From an uncultured delta proteobacterium (GTDB taxonomy: Bacteria; Myxococcota_A; Polyangia; Fen-1088), in contig CAVTRY010000011.1 of the NCBI GenBank assembly GCA_963737265.1, positions 352,001 to 416,000 on the forward strand: 64,000 nt of DNA, read 5' to 3'. Shown in pieces: positions 1-10,311 of the stretch. The notes beneath the pieces were generated by a model. The model was not told the origin of the DNA, did no database searches, and saw only the letters and a list, made by a program, of their open reading frames with translations. The position numbers were made by a program, and so were the translations under genes. How positions within the stretch are numbered: position 1 is the stretch's first letter; each line of letters begins with the position of its first letter.

Positions 1-330
1 CCGCAGGGCGTGGAAATCGGGATTGGCCCAGACGTCAGGCTGGTTGCCCAGCATCAGGCTGAGCACGGCCATGAAATGGCTTTTCCCTGAACCAAAGCTG
101 CCGTGCAGGTAGGACGCCACGTTGGTGCGCTCGTCGATGGCGGACTTGACGTAGCCCAGCGCCAGATCGAAGGCGTCGCGGATCTGGCCCGTGACCGCAT
201 AGTTGCGAATCACCGCAGCCGGATCGTCCACGCTCTTGTTCAGGACGACGACGAATTGGCTCTTCTGCACCCGTTCGGGCAGGTCCAGCAGGGCACGCAG
301 GTTGAGTTTTTCAGTCATGGGTGTGTTCAT
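1..330 (-). CDS. pglY: BREX-2 ATPase PglY, N-terminal part (runs off window)
   Basis: Translated by hand (not in ORF track): MNTPMTEKLNLRALLDLPERVQKSQFVVVL...YLHGSFGSGKSHFMAVL, a PglY-type Walker A context; downstream of pglW/pglX on the same strand; alternative start 318. Confidence 0.85.
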   Translation of the reverse strand, partial: MNTPMTEKLNLRALLDLPERVQKSQFVVVLNKSVDDPAAVIRNYAVTGQIRDAFDLALGYVKSAIDERTNVASYLHGSFGSGKSHFMAVLSLMLGNQPDVWANPDFHALR

Positions 331-342
331 GGCAAAAGTTCT

Positions 343-1218
343 TCAAGATAGAAGGGCTCCGTCGAGAAGCCCTTGGTTCCAAAGTCGACCGACCCGATCC
401 CCATCCGCGACATACGCCACGACCTGCCCATCATCGCGTACGCGGGTGACCACGCCATAGCCGTTCGACTTCCTGAATCCAAAGACCTCGTCCAACTCGA
501 TCGCATCGAGAAAACTCGGCGAATAGGTGGAGACAAATACCTGACCTCCCCTGGCAACCCGTCTTCTCAACTGCTTCACAGTTTCGCCTAGCTGTGACGG
601 GTAGACATGGCGTTCAGGGCTCTCGACGCAAAGAAGCGGATGATCCGAGACACACCACTGCTCGATCAGTGTTCCAAGGGCAACGATCGTCGGGTATCGC
701 TGAAACTGCGACAGACCCTTGATGGCCAGCAAATCGGCGCTCTTCAGCTTCTCGGTCTGGCGAGTCGGCTGAAACTCACCTCTTGCAAGGTCCAGTTCGT
801 TGGTGACCACCTGACCTATGCCCCGACTGAAGTCGATGAGAGATCGTTCTGTCTCATCACCATTCGATTGGCACTTTACAACTTCCCGCTGGACGATCGG
901 CCTGCGGTTCTCCTCGGTCAGCTCCAAGAAATACGTGATCAGGTCCAGCGTGGACCGTCCCAGATCAGTGCGGATCTTCAGCTCGATCTCGATTGGACCA
1001 TCGCAACCGCGCGAACGGACCTCCTGGAAACCGCCCAACCTGCCCAGGGCCGAGGTCACGTTCGTCGTCATGGCGTCGTTCAGGAAGGGAAACACCGAGA
1101 AGAGCGTGCTCTTCCCCGTTCCGTTTGCGCCAATCAGAACGCAGAAACTCGGGATATCGCGCATGTGCACGTCGCGAAAGGCGCGAAAGTTCTTGAGACG
1201 AATCGATTCAACTCCCAT
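343..1218 (-). CDS. ABC/AAA-type ATPase (AAA_15/AAA_21-like), apparently degenerate
   Basis: IRLKNFRAF start, Walker A GANGTGKST; Walker B reads LCVESPE, H-loop reads STYSP, no SDG signature visible; ATG at 1218 (ORF track starts 1236). Confidence 0.75.
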   Translation of the reverse strand: MGVESIRLKNFRAFRDVHMRDIPSFCVLIGANGTGKSTLFSVFPFLNDAMTTNVTSALGRLGGFQEVRSRGCDGPIEIELKIRTDLGRSTLDLITYFLELTEENRRPIVQREVVKCQSNGDETERSLIDFSRGIGQVVTNELDLARGEFQPTRQTEKLKSADLLAIKGLSQFQRYPTIVALGTLIEQWCVSDHPLLCVESPERHVYPSQLGETVKQLRRRVARGGQVFVSTYSPSFLDAIELDEVFGFRKSNGYGVVTRVRDDGQVVAYVADGDRVGRLWNQGLLDGALLS

Positions 1219-1390
1219 GGGCACCTTTTGTGGCAAAGACGCGCCGAGGTTCGAGTGTCACGTGAAGGCGATTGCTTTCGGCCTCCAGTTTTCGCAAAGC
1301 CGCAAAAATGGCGGGGAGGTCATTGTTATTCTCCCGCGCAATCTCTTCGCGGATAGTCCTGACCTCTTCGACGATGGGATCCTTCGTCAT
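1208..1390 (-). CDS. Small helical hypothetical protein (60 aa), antitoxin-like
   Basis: MTKDPIVEEVRTIREEIA; ATG overlaps the pglX stop (ATGA); resembles small proteins I recall next to PIN toxins. Confidence 0.6.
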   Translation of the reverse strand: MTKDPIVEEVRTIREEIARENNNDLPAIFAALRKLEAESNRLHVTLEPRRVFATKGAHGS

Positions 1391-4300
1391 GACGGTTCCT
1401 CAAGCTTGCCATCGTCCGAGGATGGGGTCTTGTTTGTCGTCTTGGACGCCTTGCGCTTGGTGGCGGCTTTGCGGGTGGGGGGGCGCCAGGCTTCGAGGTC
1501 GTCGGTGGTCAACTGGTGGGCGTTCAGCTCGGCGTCCAGGAATTGCTTGAACTCGCGCGCTGGGTTCTGGCTGCCGGCCTCGGGCTGGCTGTGCCATTGC
1601 TCGATCCAGAACATCAGCTCGTGCAGGCCCACCAGCATGGGCATCAGACGCTCTTTCGGCCAGCCGTCCTCGTTCTTGCGCTCTTGGTACAGGGCCACCA
1701 TGGCATGCGCGCGCTGCAGGTGATTCCAACCGGCCCAGCCGATGAGTGGGCTGGGATCGCCGTCCTTTTCGCAGCCAGGGTAGGAAATGAAGCGCTCTTT
1801 GGGCACGTCGAGCTTGCCGCGCAGGCGCCAGTAGTTGGCGTCGCGAAAGTCCTTCTGGTCGTACTTGGGCGGAACGGGGATCTCGCCGACGCTCTCGCCG
1901 AGGTCTTCACGGCGCTGGAGAAACCACGTTTGGCGCCATTGTTTGTGATTATCGATACCGTCCTCGGTGAACATCGCTGCCGCCGTGGCAGGGACAGCAT
2001 CAGCCAGCATCAAGCAGAGAATCTGCTCGGGCGAATTCGATTCGCCCCAGATGCGGGCGGCGAGCCGGACCAGCTTCTTGTTGGTCTCAAAGACGGCCAG
2101 AGTCGCTCTGGCGGGTTGAGGACGCTGCCGCCCGGTAGTGGCTTCCTCGAGGGCGTTCAGCACTGCATCCTGAACGAGCGAACGGAGTCGGTCCTCGTCG
2201 GTCACGTTGTCGCCGTCGAACTTGCCGCCGGAGCTAAACCAGCGCCGCTTGAACTCGGGCGCTTCGATTAGGGCCACGTCAGGCGGAAGCTGTGCCGCTC
2301 GCGGATTGCAGGAGGCAGCCAATCGGCGGTACGGCCGTTCCCTCTCGTCGTATCCCTCGATATTGGGAAGTGAAGAGGCGACGACCTGAGACCGTGCAGG
2401 ATGGTCCGACGGAAGAAGCCCGAACAACTCGTACACGATCCAATCCAGCTCTTCCTGAATCGCAACCATCCGGCCATGAGCCTCAGCCATCGTCTTTAGT
2501 GCATCGTCGATGCTGGCGTCAATCGTGTCCGTACTCGCTTCCGCAATGGCGCCCCGTAGGGTCTGCGGCGAAGCGACCACCGCCAACGTGTCCAGGAGCT
2601 TTGCCGCGGTCAGGAGCCAGCCCTCACGAAACTGGGCAAGACCTCCGGGAATTGGCAACTGCCTGATCTTCGTTCCATCAAACTCAAATCGGAACTTCTC
2701 CGGATCGGACTGAAGAACGCCTTTGTCGCTGGTGGCGCCCTTGTTCATGAACACCTGCTTCATCCAGAAGCAGGCGGTGGAGCTGTTCAGGTAGGCAAGA
2801 AGGGCGAGGTGGTCGTCTTCGGTGGCGGATTCGGGGAGCTTGATGATGGGGGCGGACCGCTTGAAGACCTTGCCGCCGCGGTCGAGCACGAAGTGGTTGT
2901 GGGTGGCGACGAAGGCGAAGGCGATGGACGCTCGACCGTCAGCCTTGTCTTTTTGCACAGCGCCCAGCTCACGCCAGTCGAGTCCACGTTGTGCCTTTGT
3001 CTTTCCAAAGAAGATGTAGTTCCCAAGTACGGTTCTGTATCGCCAGAGGTACTTCTCGGCTGTCGGGACTGGTCTGAATATTCCTCGTTCGTCGTGCGGG
3101 AAAAGGATGCTCTGATCCTTCAATGACCAGTCGCGAAGAAACTCGCCAGTTCCCAGAGGACGACATGCAGAGGGGTCGATGCCTAGACGTCGAAATACGG
3201 AGTACGTTTCTGCGATGTACACCTCGTCCGTTCCAGCGAGAGCCATGACACCAACCGTGCTTACGAACTCGCCCAGCGTCTTCTCGGCCCTCTCCTCCAG
3301 CAGCTCCTTCAACTCCGCAGCCCCGCCGCCGCCCAGCGACCACGGGTGTTTGTTCAACGTCGCCCGCGGCACTTCGGCCACCGTGATGTAGTCGTTCTCG
3401 AACCCGACTTCTTTGCGGTGCTCGACGATCGATCGCCAGACGTGGCCCTGCTCGGCATCGTTGGGCGTCGACGGTTCGCGCCGTTTTCCCAGCACCGCGT
3501 GCACGCTGGCCGCGGCGGACTTGCGGTTGCGTCCGAACAGCAGGACCGTGGGCGTGCCGTGACCGGGAATGTAGGCGCCGGAGGTGTCGATGACCGAGGT
3601 CAGCTCGAAATCCGGCAGGACCTCTTCAATCAACGCCTTGCCGAACTCGCGCTTCATGAAGCTGTTGGCGTTGATCAGGCCGACGAAACCGCCGTCGCTG
3701 GCCAGCTCGAAGAAGCGCTCGGTGAACGGCGCCGCCAGGGCGTATTTGCCGGCGGCGCTGCGGTAGCGTTGCCGATAGCGCTCGCGAAGGGTGCTGTCCT
3801 TGCACGTGATGTAGGGCGGATTTCCCACCACCGCGTGGTAGCGCTGGCGGAGGATCCGCCGTCCGGTGGTCTCGTCGTCGAGCGCGAACATGGATTCCTG
3901 CCAGGCCACGCGATCGATGTCGGGCCTGTCCTGCTCGATCAGCAGCAGCTCGGCACCTTTGCCTCCGCCATGCAGCAGCGAATCCGCCACCACTAGATTC
4001 AGCGGCAACTTCGGCGCGTGCGCCAGCTTGGTGATGCCTGTGCGTTGCAAATAGGCCAGGGTCAGGCGGAAGCGCGCAATGGCGACGGCGTAGGGGTTCA
4101 CGTCCACGCCGTACACTTGCCCGAGCGCGGCCAGCGCGTGGTCGCGCACGTCCACGGCGGGGGCGGCTTGCTGCCGGTGCGACAACAGGCGATCGAAGGC
4201 ACCGAGCAGGAAGTGGCCCGAGCCGCAGGTGGGATCGATCACGCGCACGGTCTCTAGACCGAACTCGGCGATGGCCGGCTCCAGGGTTTGTTCCAGGATG

Positions 4301-4935
4301 AAGCGCTCGACGAAATCCGGGGTTTGCAGCAGGGCGAAGCGCTTGCGCACGTCCTCGCTGAGATCTTGGTACAGATCGCCGAGGAAGCGCGTGTCTGCAC
4401 CATCGAAGCGCCAGAGCAAGGTTCCTTCCCCATCTCCATCTTCCTTTTCTTGGCGGAAGAAACCCAGCAGGGCGCGTGCGACTTCGGCGCTGGGGCCGAG
4501 TCGCCACAGGGGATTGTGGCGGGGGCCGAGCAGCTCTTCGGCGCCGGGCAGGCTCGACACTTCCTTGAAGACGACCAGAAGGTAATCGCGCGCGGTCAGC
4601 GAGGGCGCGAGCTCGAAGAACAACTGCTCGCTGTCGAGGGCGCCCGGCCCGGCCAGCCGTCGCCGGGCCAGCAGATCGCGATCTTCCAGGGTGCGCACGA
4701 AGACGCAGGAAAGCACCCACGCGGCGCCCACCTGTTCCAGGGTGCGCTGCTGCCAGGCGGGAAAGCCATCGGCCGTGCGGTTCGCGGCCTTTTCGGCCTG
4801 CCACTGGCGCTGTAGGGCTTCGTTCACCGCTGGTTCGGCGGCACGGGCTTTCAGATCTGGCAGCAGGGTCTTGGCCAGGAATTGCGCCAGGGCCTGGGTC
4901 AGGGTGACTTGCTTCTTGCCTGCCTTGGCGGCCAT
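1387..4935 (-). CDS. pglX: BREX-2 adenine-specific DNA methyltransferase PglX
   Basis: 1182 aa; DTRFLGDLYQDLSE, LLQTPDFVE, DPTCGSGHFL, GNPPY, C-terminal RGKLDVPKERFISYP. Confidence 0.93.
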   Translation of the reverse strand: MAAKAGKKQVTLTQALAQFLAKTLLPDLKARAAEPAVNEALQRQWQAEKAANRTADGFPAWQQRTLEQVGAAWVLSCVFVRTLEDRDLLARRRLAGPGALDSEQLFFELAPSLTARDYLLVVFKEVSSLPGAEELLGPRHNPLWRLGPSAEVARALLGFFRQEKEDGDGEGTLLWRFDGADTRFLGDLYQDLSEDVRKRFALLQTPDFVERFILEQTLEPAIAEFGLETVRVIDPTCGSGHFLLGAFDRLLSHRQQAAPAVDVRDHALAALGQVYGVDVNPYAVAIARFRLTLAYLQRTGITKLAHAPKLPLNLVVADSLLHGGGKGAELLLIEQDRPDIDRVAWQESMFALDDETTGRRILRQRYHAVVGNPPYITCKDSTLRERYRQRYRSAAGKYALAAPFTERFFELASDGGFVGLINANSFMKREFGKALIEEVLPDFELTSVIDTSGAYIPGHGTPTVLLFGRNRKSAAASVHAVLGKRREPSTPNDAEQGHVWRSIVEHRKEVGFENDYITVAEVPRATLNKHPWSLGGGGAAELKELLEERAEKTLGEFVSTVGVMALAGTDEVYIAETYSVFRRLGIDPSACRPLGTGEFLRDWSLKDQSILFPHDERGIFRPVPTAEKYLWRYRTVLGNYIFFGKTKAQRGLDWRELGAVQKDKADGRASIAFAFVATHNHFVLDRGGKVFKRSAPIIKLPESATEDDHLALLAYLNSSTACFWMKQVFMNKGATSDKGVLQSDPEKFRFEFDGTKIRQLPIPGGLAQFREGWLLTAAKLLDTLAVVASPQTLRGAIAEASTDTIDASIDDALKTMAEAHGRMVAIQEELDWIVYELFGLLPSDHPARSQVVASSLPNIEGYDERERPYRRLAASCNPRAAQLPPDVALIEAPEFKRRWFSSGGKFDGDNVTDEDRLRSLVQDAVLNALEEATTGRQRPQPARATLAVFETNKKLVRLAARIWGESNSPEQILCLMLADAVPATAAAMFTEDGIDNHKQWRQTWFLQRREDLGESVGEIPVPPKYDQKDFRDANYWRLRGKLDVPKERFISYPGCEKDGDPSPLIGWAGWNHLQRAHAMVALYQERKNEDGWPKERLMPMLVGLHELMFWIEQWHSQPEAGSQNPAREFKQFLDAELNAHQLTTDDLEAWRPPTRKAATKRKASKTTNKTPSSDDGKLEEPS

Positions 4936-6044
4936 TAGCGGGTTCCTTTGCGTGGCTTTTTCTTGGGTGGCGTCTTGACGGGGTCGATGGGGTCGACGCC
5001 GGTCAGGGCCTCATACGAATCGTGCAGCTTCCGGCGCAGCAGCTCTTTGGCGGGCAGCAAGGTCTGGTACTCGGCGATCAAGGCCGGCGAGGTGGAGCGA
5101 GCCAGGGCGTATTCAACCACTTCATCCTCTTTGCTCGCGCACAGGAGCATGCCGATGGAGGGGCGTTCGTGGGGCTTCTTCACGTCGCGGTCCAGGGCTT
5201 CCAGATAGAACTGCAGCTTGCCCAGGTGTTCGGGCTCGAAGCGGCCCGCCTTCAGCTCGATGGCGACCAGCGCACCGAGGCCACGATGGAAGAACAAGAG
5301 ATCCAGCGCGAAGTCGCGGCGGCCCACTTGCAGCGGGTATTCCGAGCCCACGAAGCAGAAGTCGCGGCCCATCTCGAGGATGAAGCGCTGCAAGTCCCTG
5401 AGCAGGCCGCGGTGGAGATCGGACTCGGAGTGGTCGTCGGGCAGGCCGAGAAATTCCAGGAAGTAGGAGTCCCTGAAAACGTCCGCCGCATCGGGATGCA
5501 ATTGTGTCAGCAGTGGTGACACTTTTGCCGGCCGAGCGATCACTTGTTCGAACTGGCGGGCGTGAATGCGACGTTCGAGCTCGCGCTTGCCCCAACGTTC
5601 CCGGATGGCCATGCGCAGGTAGAACTCGCGTTCCTCGGCCAGCTTGGTTTGCGCAAGCACGATGAGATGATGGGTCCACGGCAATTGTGTCACCAGTGGT
5701 GTCACAATCTCGTTGTCGCGATAGGCTTCGTAGAACTGGCGCATGCGGAACAGGTTCCGCGGCGTGAATCCGCGCAGCCGCGGGTGCCTGCGGGCGATGG
5801 CGCTGGCCAGCTCGGGGACGACCCCGTCGCCCCATTCGGCGGCCTCGATCTTCTTGCTGATGTGCTGGCCGACCTGCCAGTAAAGGCCGATCAGGTTGTT
5901 GTTGACGGCAAGATAGGCCCGCTGTCGCGCCGATTCGATCAGCGCCAAGACTTCGTCAAACCCGGACGGCGTTGCCGCCCGCCGTGACTGCGAGGGCGCC
6001 AGCGAGGTCGCCTGCTTGCTCTTCGCCTTCCCGATCGCTTTCAC
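4935..6044 (-). CDS. YhcG/DUF1016-family PD-(D/E)XK nuclease
   Basis: LYWQVG, NLFRMRQFY, LPWTHH, DLLFFHRGLGALVAIELKAGRFEPEHLGKLQFYL; GTG at 6044 overlaps the pglW stop. Confidence 0.9.
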   Translation of the reverse strand: MKAIGKAKSKQATSLAPSQSRRAATPSGFDEVLALIESARQRAYLAVNNNLIGLYWQVGQHISKKIEAAEWGDGVVPELASAIARRHPRLRGFTPRNLFRMRQFYEAYRDNEIVTPLVTQLPWTHHLIVLAQTKLAEEREFYLRMAIRERWGKRELERRIHARQFEQVIARPAKVSPLLTQLHPDAADVFRDSYFLEFLGLPDDHSESDLHRGLLRDLQRFILEMGRDFCFVGSEYPLQVGRRDFALDLLFFHRGLGALVAIELKAGRFEPEHLGKLQFYLEALDRDVKKPHERPSIGMLLCASKEDEVVEYALARSTSPALIAEYQTLLPAKELLRRKLHDSYEALTGVDPIDPVKTPPKKKPRKGTR

Positions 6045-9000
6045 TGGGGGCCTCCGCTGGGAATTTTGCGCTGGCCGCGGTCCAGGTTTTCGAGCCAACT
6101 GAGAGGCACGTGCAGGTGCTGCGCGGGTGAGGTCAATGGGATGGGCAAATCCCCGGCAGGATGGGGAATGCGAACGCCGCCGCCAGCGTCCTCGGCAGAC
6201 GGCACCAAAAGGAAGACCGCAGGCGATGCATCCTGGCGGGCGTGGTCGACCAGTTGCTTGAGAAATCGTGCGAGGCCGTAGCGGGCCAAGAGGCCAGGAT
6301 CGGTCAACACCAACGGCCCCGTGCGCGTCCGCAGGTCGGCGAGGGCTCGGTCGGCGGCTTGTTCCATCAGGGACCTGAGATTAAGCCACTCGGCGCCGAG
6401 CGGGCCCGCGCGATCGGTGACGAAGACGGTCGGTAGGTCGACTTGGTATTCGGCAACCACCGCTTCCATGGCCTTCAGCAGAAGGGCCTCGATACTCACG
6501 GGCTGAACCGACAGGCGGTGGCCGAGCTCGAGGGCGGTTTGGCGCGCATAGGCCGGTTGCACTTCCAGCACGCAGAAGCTGCCGCGCTTCTGGCGGACCT
6601 CGATGTCGCGAGCAAATTCGTGGGCGGCTGGATCGATCTTCTCGCGGTGGCCGGTGTGCGTGGTCAGCGCGCGCGTGATGGCGGCCAAGGTCCCGGTCGA
6701 TGGTGATAGCCCGCGCCGGTGGAAGCTTCCCGTCTTGGCATCCACCGTGTACCCCCGGGCCAGGAGAAGGTCGATCAGGGCTGGGCCTTGGGGCAAGGGT
6801 TGGGATTCGGGGTAGCGTGCGCCGACGATCTGGGCGACCAGGGCAGCGTCAAGTCCGGCGGGGGGCAGGGCCGACATGCACAAGTCCAGGGCCCGTTCGG
6901 GCGACAGTCCACGTGGGTAGATCTCGAGGCGAGCGCTCTTGGCGGCGGTCTTCGAGGCTGCCACTGCCAGCGCGACCAGGGGTTCGGGAGCAAGGGTGGC
7001 GAGTGGACCGGTTTTGACGACCGCGCGCAACTGCGCCTCGGCCCCGCCAGGGGAAAGCAGGGGCTCTGCCTGGGCCAGCTCGTCGGCCAAGGCGCCGAGA
7101 CGTTCGAGGGCGCGTAGATCGCTTTCGGTGGGAGCCACCCACAAGGCGCCGTTCACGCGCGCCAGTTGCAGCAGGTTGTGCGTCTCGACCACGATCCTGA
7201 CCAGGGCCTGGGCTCGCTTATCGCCTGGGGGTGAGGGTTGCGAACGATCGAGGGCGGACGCCAGGGCATCGCCGAGTGACGCGAGAGGGGCTTGGCCGCC
7301 GGTCGTTTCAAGCAGGCTGGTCACCAAACCCTGCAGCTCATCGAGGAAGGGAAGCTTCTGCCAACGCTGGCGCATCTTCTCGACGGCTTGATAGATGAGA
7401 GGTCGGGTCACGCCCAAGGTCGCGGCCAGCTCGGCGACGCTGTCGATGTGCTGGCCTTTGAGGAGATCCAGGCCCCACAGGTGGCGCACGTGCTGCAAGG
7501 GCTTTTCCCCCTGCTTCTTGGTGACCGGGGGCAGGGCGGCGTTGGTCCAGGCTTCGAGGGAGCGAGGGAGCTCGGCGTCGGTGAGCGGTGCGCTTGACGG
7601 ACGATCAGTTGTTGCAGCGGGCTCTTGCACGGTGGGAAGAGCAGGGCGCAGGGCCTCGAATTCGGGACGCTGGATGAACTTGAGGATCTCTTGCGCGGTC
7701 CCGCGTCCCACCCCGCGCATGGCGGAAAGCTGGTTGTTCGGCAGGCGAAGCAGGTCGGAAACGCGGAGCACATTGGCCCGGTACAGGCCATTCTTGGCGC
7801 GCGCGGGAAGGGGCAGCGATTCGATGGCGGTCTGAAGATTCAAGCCTTCAGGCATCGGCGCCGTGAGTGACGACAAGGTTTCGTCCGCGGCCGCCAGCTC
7901 ATCGATGGCAACGGGTGCTACGGCAGCAGAAGCAAAGCAGGCAACCCACTCGGTGCGCATGCGCTCGGCGGTGGAGAATCGCTTGCCTACATCGCGCGCC
8001 AGAGCTTGCCGGAAGAAGGTCACCAGCCGGTCGCGGACGGTGGCGTCGAATCGCTCGGCGGCAAGGGTGACCTCGTCGGACGTGGCGCTGGCGATGTCGC
8101 TCGCGCCCCAGCTCGGTCGCTCTCCGGTCAGAATCTCGTGCAAGGTGATGGCGGCGGCATAGCGATCGGCCGCGTCGTCCCAGCGTCCGCGCTGTGCAAG
8201 GAAGGGATCTCGATACGCAGGCGTTCCCAGGCGGACCTCGTTCGCGTCGGCTGCGGAGAGGGAAAAGTCGAAGAGAAGAAGATGTCGCTTTCGCTTTTGG
8301 TCGGCGGTCAGCACGCCGAGGTTTCCCGGCTTGATGTCGCGATGCTGGACACCGCGTTCTTCCAGTTCCTGCAAGGCGAGCAACAGATCCTCGCCCCAGC
8401 GTTTGGCGTAGTCGATGCTTTGCGCACCCTCGTCCGCCAGCAGACGCGCCAAGGTCTGTCCGGCGTCGGTCAGACGAAGGCAGGTTCGTCCGCCGAGTTG
8501 CATGACCTCGTGCAAACGGGCGATGCGGTCGCTGGCGCGGCCGTCTTTCTGAAGCGCGTTCAAGATCTCGCCTTCTCGTCGCAGTCGCGAATCCAAGTCG
8601 GGGGAGAGCGACACCTTCAGGGCGAAGGTGCCATCGTTGGTCACGATGCGCAGGGTGCGCGCCGTCGAGCCGGTGCCAAGGACATCTTCGACGAGAATCT
8701 CAGGCGCAATCTGGTCGTTTCGCTTCGCCTCCAGCGGATCCACGAAAGTCGGGGAAGGCGCCTTGGACGGGGTCAGCAGGGCATCGGTGAAAAGCCCGAT
8801 CCACGTGGCCACGTCGTCGCCGCGGTTCACCGGATTCTTGTCCGTTGCAAACTCCATGACGTCTTCGAGATCTTTGGGCTGGGCTTCCCAGGCATTGACC
8901 TCGCCCAGCCCCGCAGCTTTGAGGCCAGCGGCCAGCTCGTCTCGCGCGGTGGATAGTGAGAGATAGCCGCGACGGAAAAGGGCTTCGCGTTCCGCGAGGT

Positions 9001-10303
9001 TTTGTCCGGGCGGCCGGCCGACCATGACGAGATAGGCGACCGCGCCCAGCGAAAAAAGGTCGCTGGCGTAGTTGGCATTCTCGGGCTTTTCAAGAACTTC
9101 GGGTGCGACGTACACGTCCTCGGTGCTGCGGCGCCAGGCGGTCAGATGGGACGTGAAATGGGCCGTTCCGCTCGCCGACTCGGTCTGCGTGGCGAGTTGG
9201 AAGTTGAATAGGCGAACGTCGAGCTTCTTCGAGTCGTTCTTCGAATCATTCTTTGAGGCCTCCGGATTCCGGCGCACCAGAATCGACGAGGGGCAGAGGC
9301 CGCGATGCAGGATGGATTTACGATGGCAGTAGGCCAGCGCCTCCCCGACGCGGGTGACGATGCTGACACGTTCATCGAGCGTAAGATCGGGATTCGCGCG
9401 CAAGAAAGCATCCAGTGGCAGCTCGCCTTCGAGATGCTCGAAGACGATGCAAGGCGCGTCGGTGGGTCCGTGCGCAAGGTAGCTGCGCAACTTCAGGATG
9501 TTCGGATGATCCGAAAGCAAGGTCAGGTGGCGCGCCTCGCGTTCGGCCGCGCTGATCAGTTGCTTTCGCCGCTCAAGGGTCACGCTTTGCGCGACCTGGT
9601 AGGTGCGCACGCGGGCTTGAATCGTGGCGATGGACTCATGCTGTGCCAGATGGTCCTGATAGTTTTCGTGCTCAACCAGCAACTTGCCGAGGATCAGGTC
9701 GTTGACCTTGCGGCTGGCGTGGCTTTCGCGGAGGCCGAGAGCCTTGAGCGCGCCTACCGTTTCGATGGCTTGCGGGCGATTGATCTGGTTGCGCGTGGCC
9801 TGGGGCAGGACGCCGGGGTATTCCCCGAACTGGAGGGCGCGCAGGAAGGTTTCACGGGTGACGACGTGATTGCCGGCGGCGCCAGGCAGGTCGAGTTTGA
9901 CCTGTTCGGCTGAAGCAAAGATCAGGTGCTGGACCCAGGGCGCCTGATGTCCAATCTGCTTCTGCAGCAGGCTGGCCAGCACGCGGGCTTTGTATTCGGC
10001 GAGGCGGCTGGGATTTTCCAGCGTGGTACGTCCGCCGTCGGGAAACTCGACCACCCAGTCAACGACGTCTCCCTTGATGCGCCCGGGATGGCTCTTGATC
10101 TCGATCAGATAGACGGCGTGGAACCCGATGACCACGAGATCGAGGTCGTAACGGCGACCACCGGGATCGACCAGATCGATCAGGCCCCACAGGCGAAAGG
10201 GATCGCGATCCGGAAGGGCCGAAACGACGAAATTGATCGCAGACTGCTCATGCAGGTGCGGCGACGTGCCGAGTGCGATGATGCGATCCCTAGACAGCGC
10301 CAT
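6041..10303 (-). CDS. pglW: BREX-2 Ser/Thr kinase PglW (NERD + pseudokinase + kinase + RNAP alpha-CTD-like/HTH)
   Basis: N-terminal NERD (YDLDLVVIG..LIEIKSHPG), degenerate kinase (HRGLCPSSILV, FNFQLA), active kinase (HRDIKPGNL, FDFSLS, GTPAYRDPF), MRGVGRGT HhH; likely ATG 10303. Confidence 0.92.
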   Translation of the reverse strand: MALSRDRIIALGTSPHLHEQSAINFVVSALPDRDPFRLWGLIDLVDPGGRRYDLDLVVIGFHAVYLIEIKSHPGRIKGDVVDWVVEFPDGGRTTLENPSRLAEYKARVLASLLQKQIGHQAPWVQHLIFASAEQVKLDLPGAAGNHVVTRETFLRALQFGEYPGVLPQATRNQINRPQAIETVGALKALGLRESHASRKVNDLILGKLLVEHENYQDHLAQHESIATIQARVRTYQVAQSVTLERRKQLISAAEREARHLTLLSDHPNILKLRSYLAHGPTDAPCIVFEHLEGELPLDAFLRANPDLTLDERVSIVTRVGEALAYCHRKSILHRGLCPSSILVRRNPEASKNDSKNDSKKLDVRLFNFQLATQTESASGTAHFTSHLTAWRRSTEDVYVAPEVLEKPENANYASDLFSLGAVAYLVMVGRPPGQNLAEREALFRRGYLSLSTARDELAAGLKAAGLGEVNAWEAQPKDLEDVMEFATDKNPVNRGDDVATWIGLFTDALLTPSKAPSPTFVDPLEAKRNDQIAPEILVEDVLGTGSTARTLRIVTNDGTFALKVSLSPDLDSRLRREGEILNALQKDGRASDRIARLHEVMQLGGRTCLRLTDAGQTLARLLADEGAQSIDYAKRWGEDLLLALQELEERGVQHRDIKPGNLGVLTADQKRKRHLLLFDFSLSAADANEVRLGTPAYRDPFLAQRGRWDDAADRYAAAITLHEILTGERPSWGASDIASATSDEVTLAAERFDATVRDRLVTFFRQALARDVGKRFSTAERMRTEWVACFASAAVAPVAIDELAAADETLSSLTAPMPEGLNLQTAIESLPLPARAKNGLYRANVLRVSDLLRLPNNQLSAMRGVGRGTAQEILKFIQRPEFEALRPALPTVQEPAATTDRPSSAPLTDAELPRSLEAWTNAALPPVTKKQGEKPLQHVRHLWGLDLLKGQHIDSVAELAATLGVTRPLIYQAVEKMRQRWQKLPFLDELQGLVTSLLETTGGQAPLASLGDALASALDRSQPSPPGDKRAQALVRIVVETHNLLQLARVNGALWVAPTESDLRALERLGALADELAQAEPLLSPGGAEAQLRAVVKTGPLATLAPEPLVALAVAASKTAAKSARLEIYPRGLSPERALDLCMSALPPAGLDAALVAQIVGARYPESQPLPQGPALIDLLLARGYTVDAKTGSFHRRGLSPSTGTLAAITRALTTHTGHREKIDPAAHEFARDIEVRQKRGSFCVLEVQPAYARQTALELGHRLSVQPVSIEALLLKAMEAVVAEYQVDLPTVFVTDRAGPLGAEWLNLRSLMEQAADRALADLRTRTGPLVLTDPGLLARYGLARFLKQLVDHARQDASPAVFLLVPSAEDAGGGVRIPHPAGDLPIPLTSPAQHLHVPLSWLENLDRGQRKIPSGGPQ

Positions 10304-10311
10304 TCGGTCGC

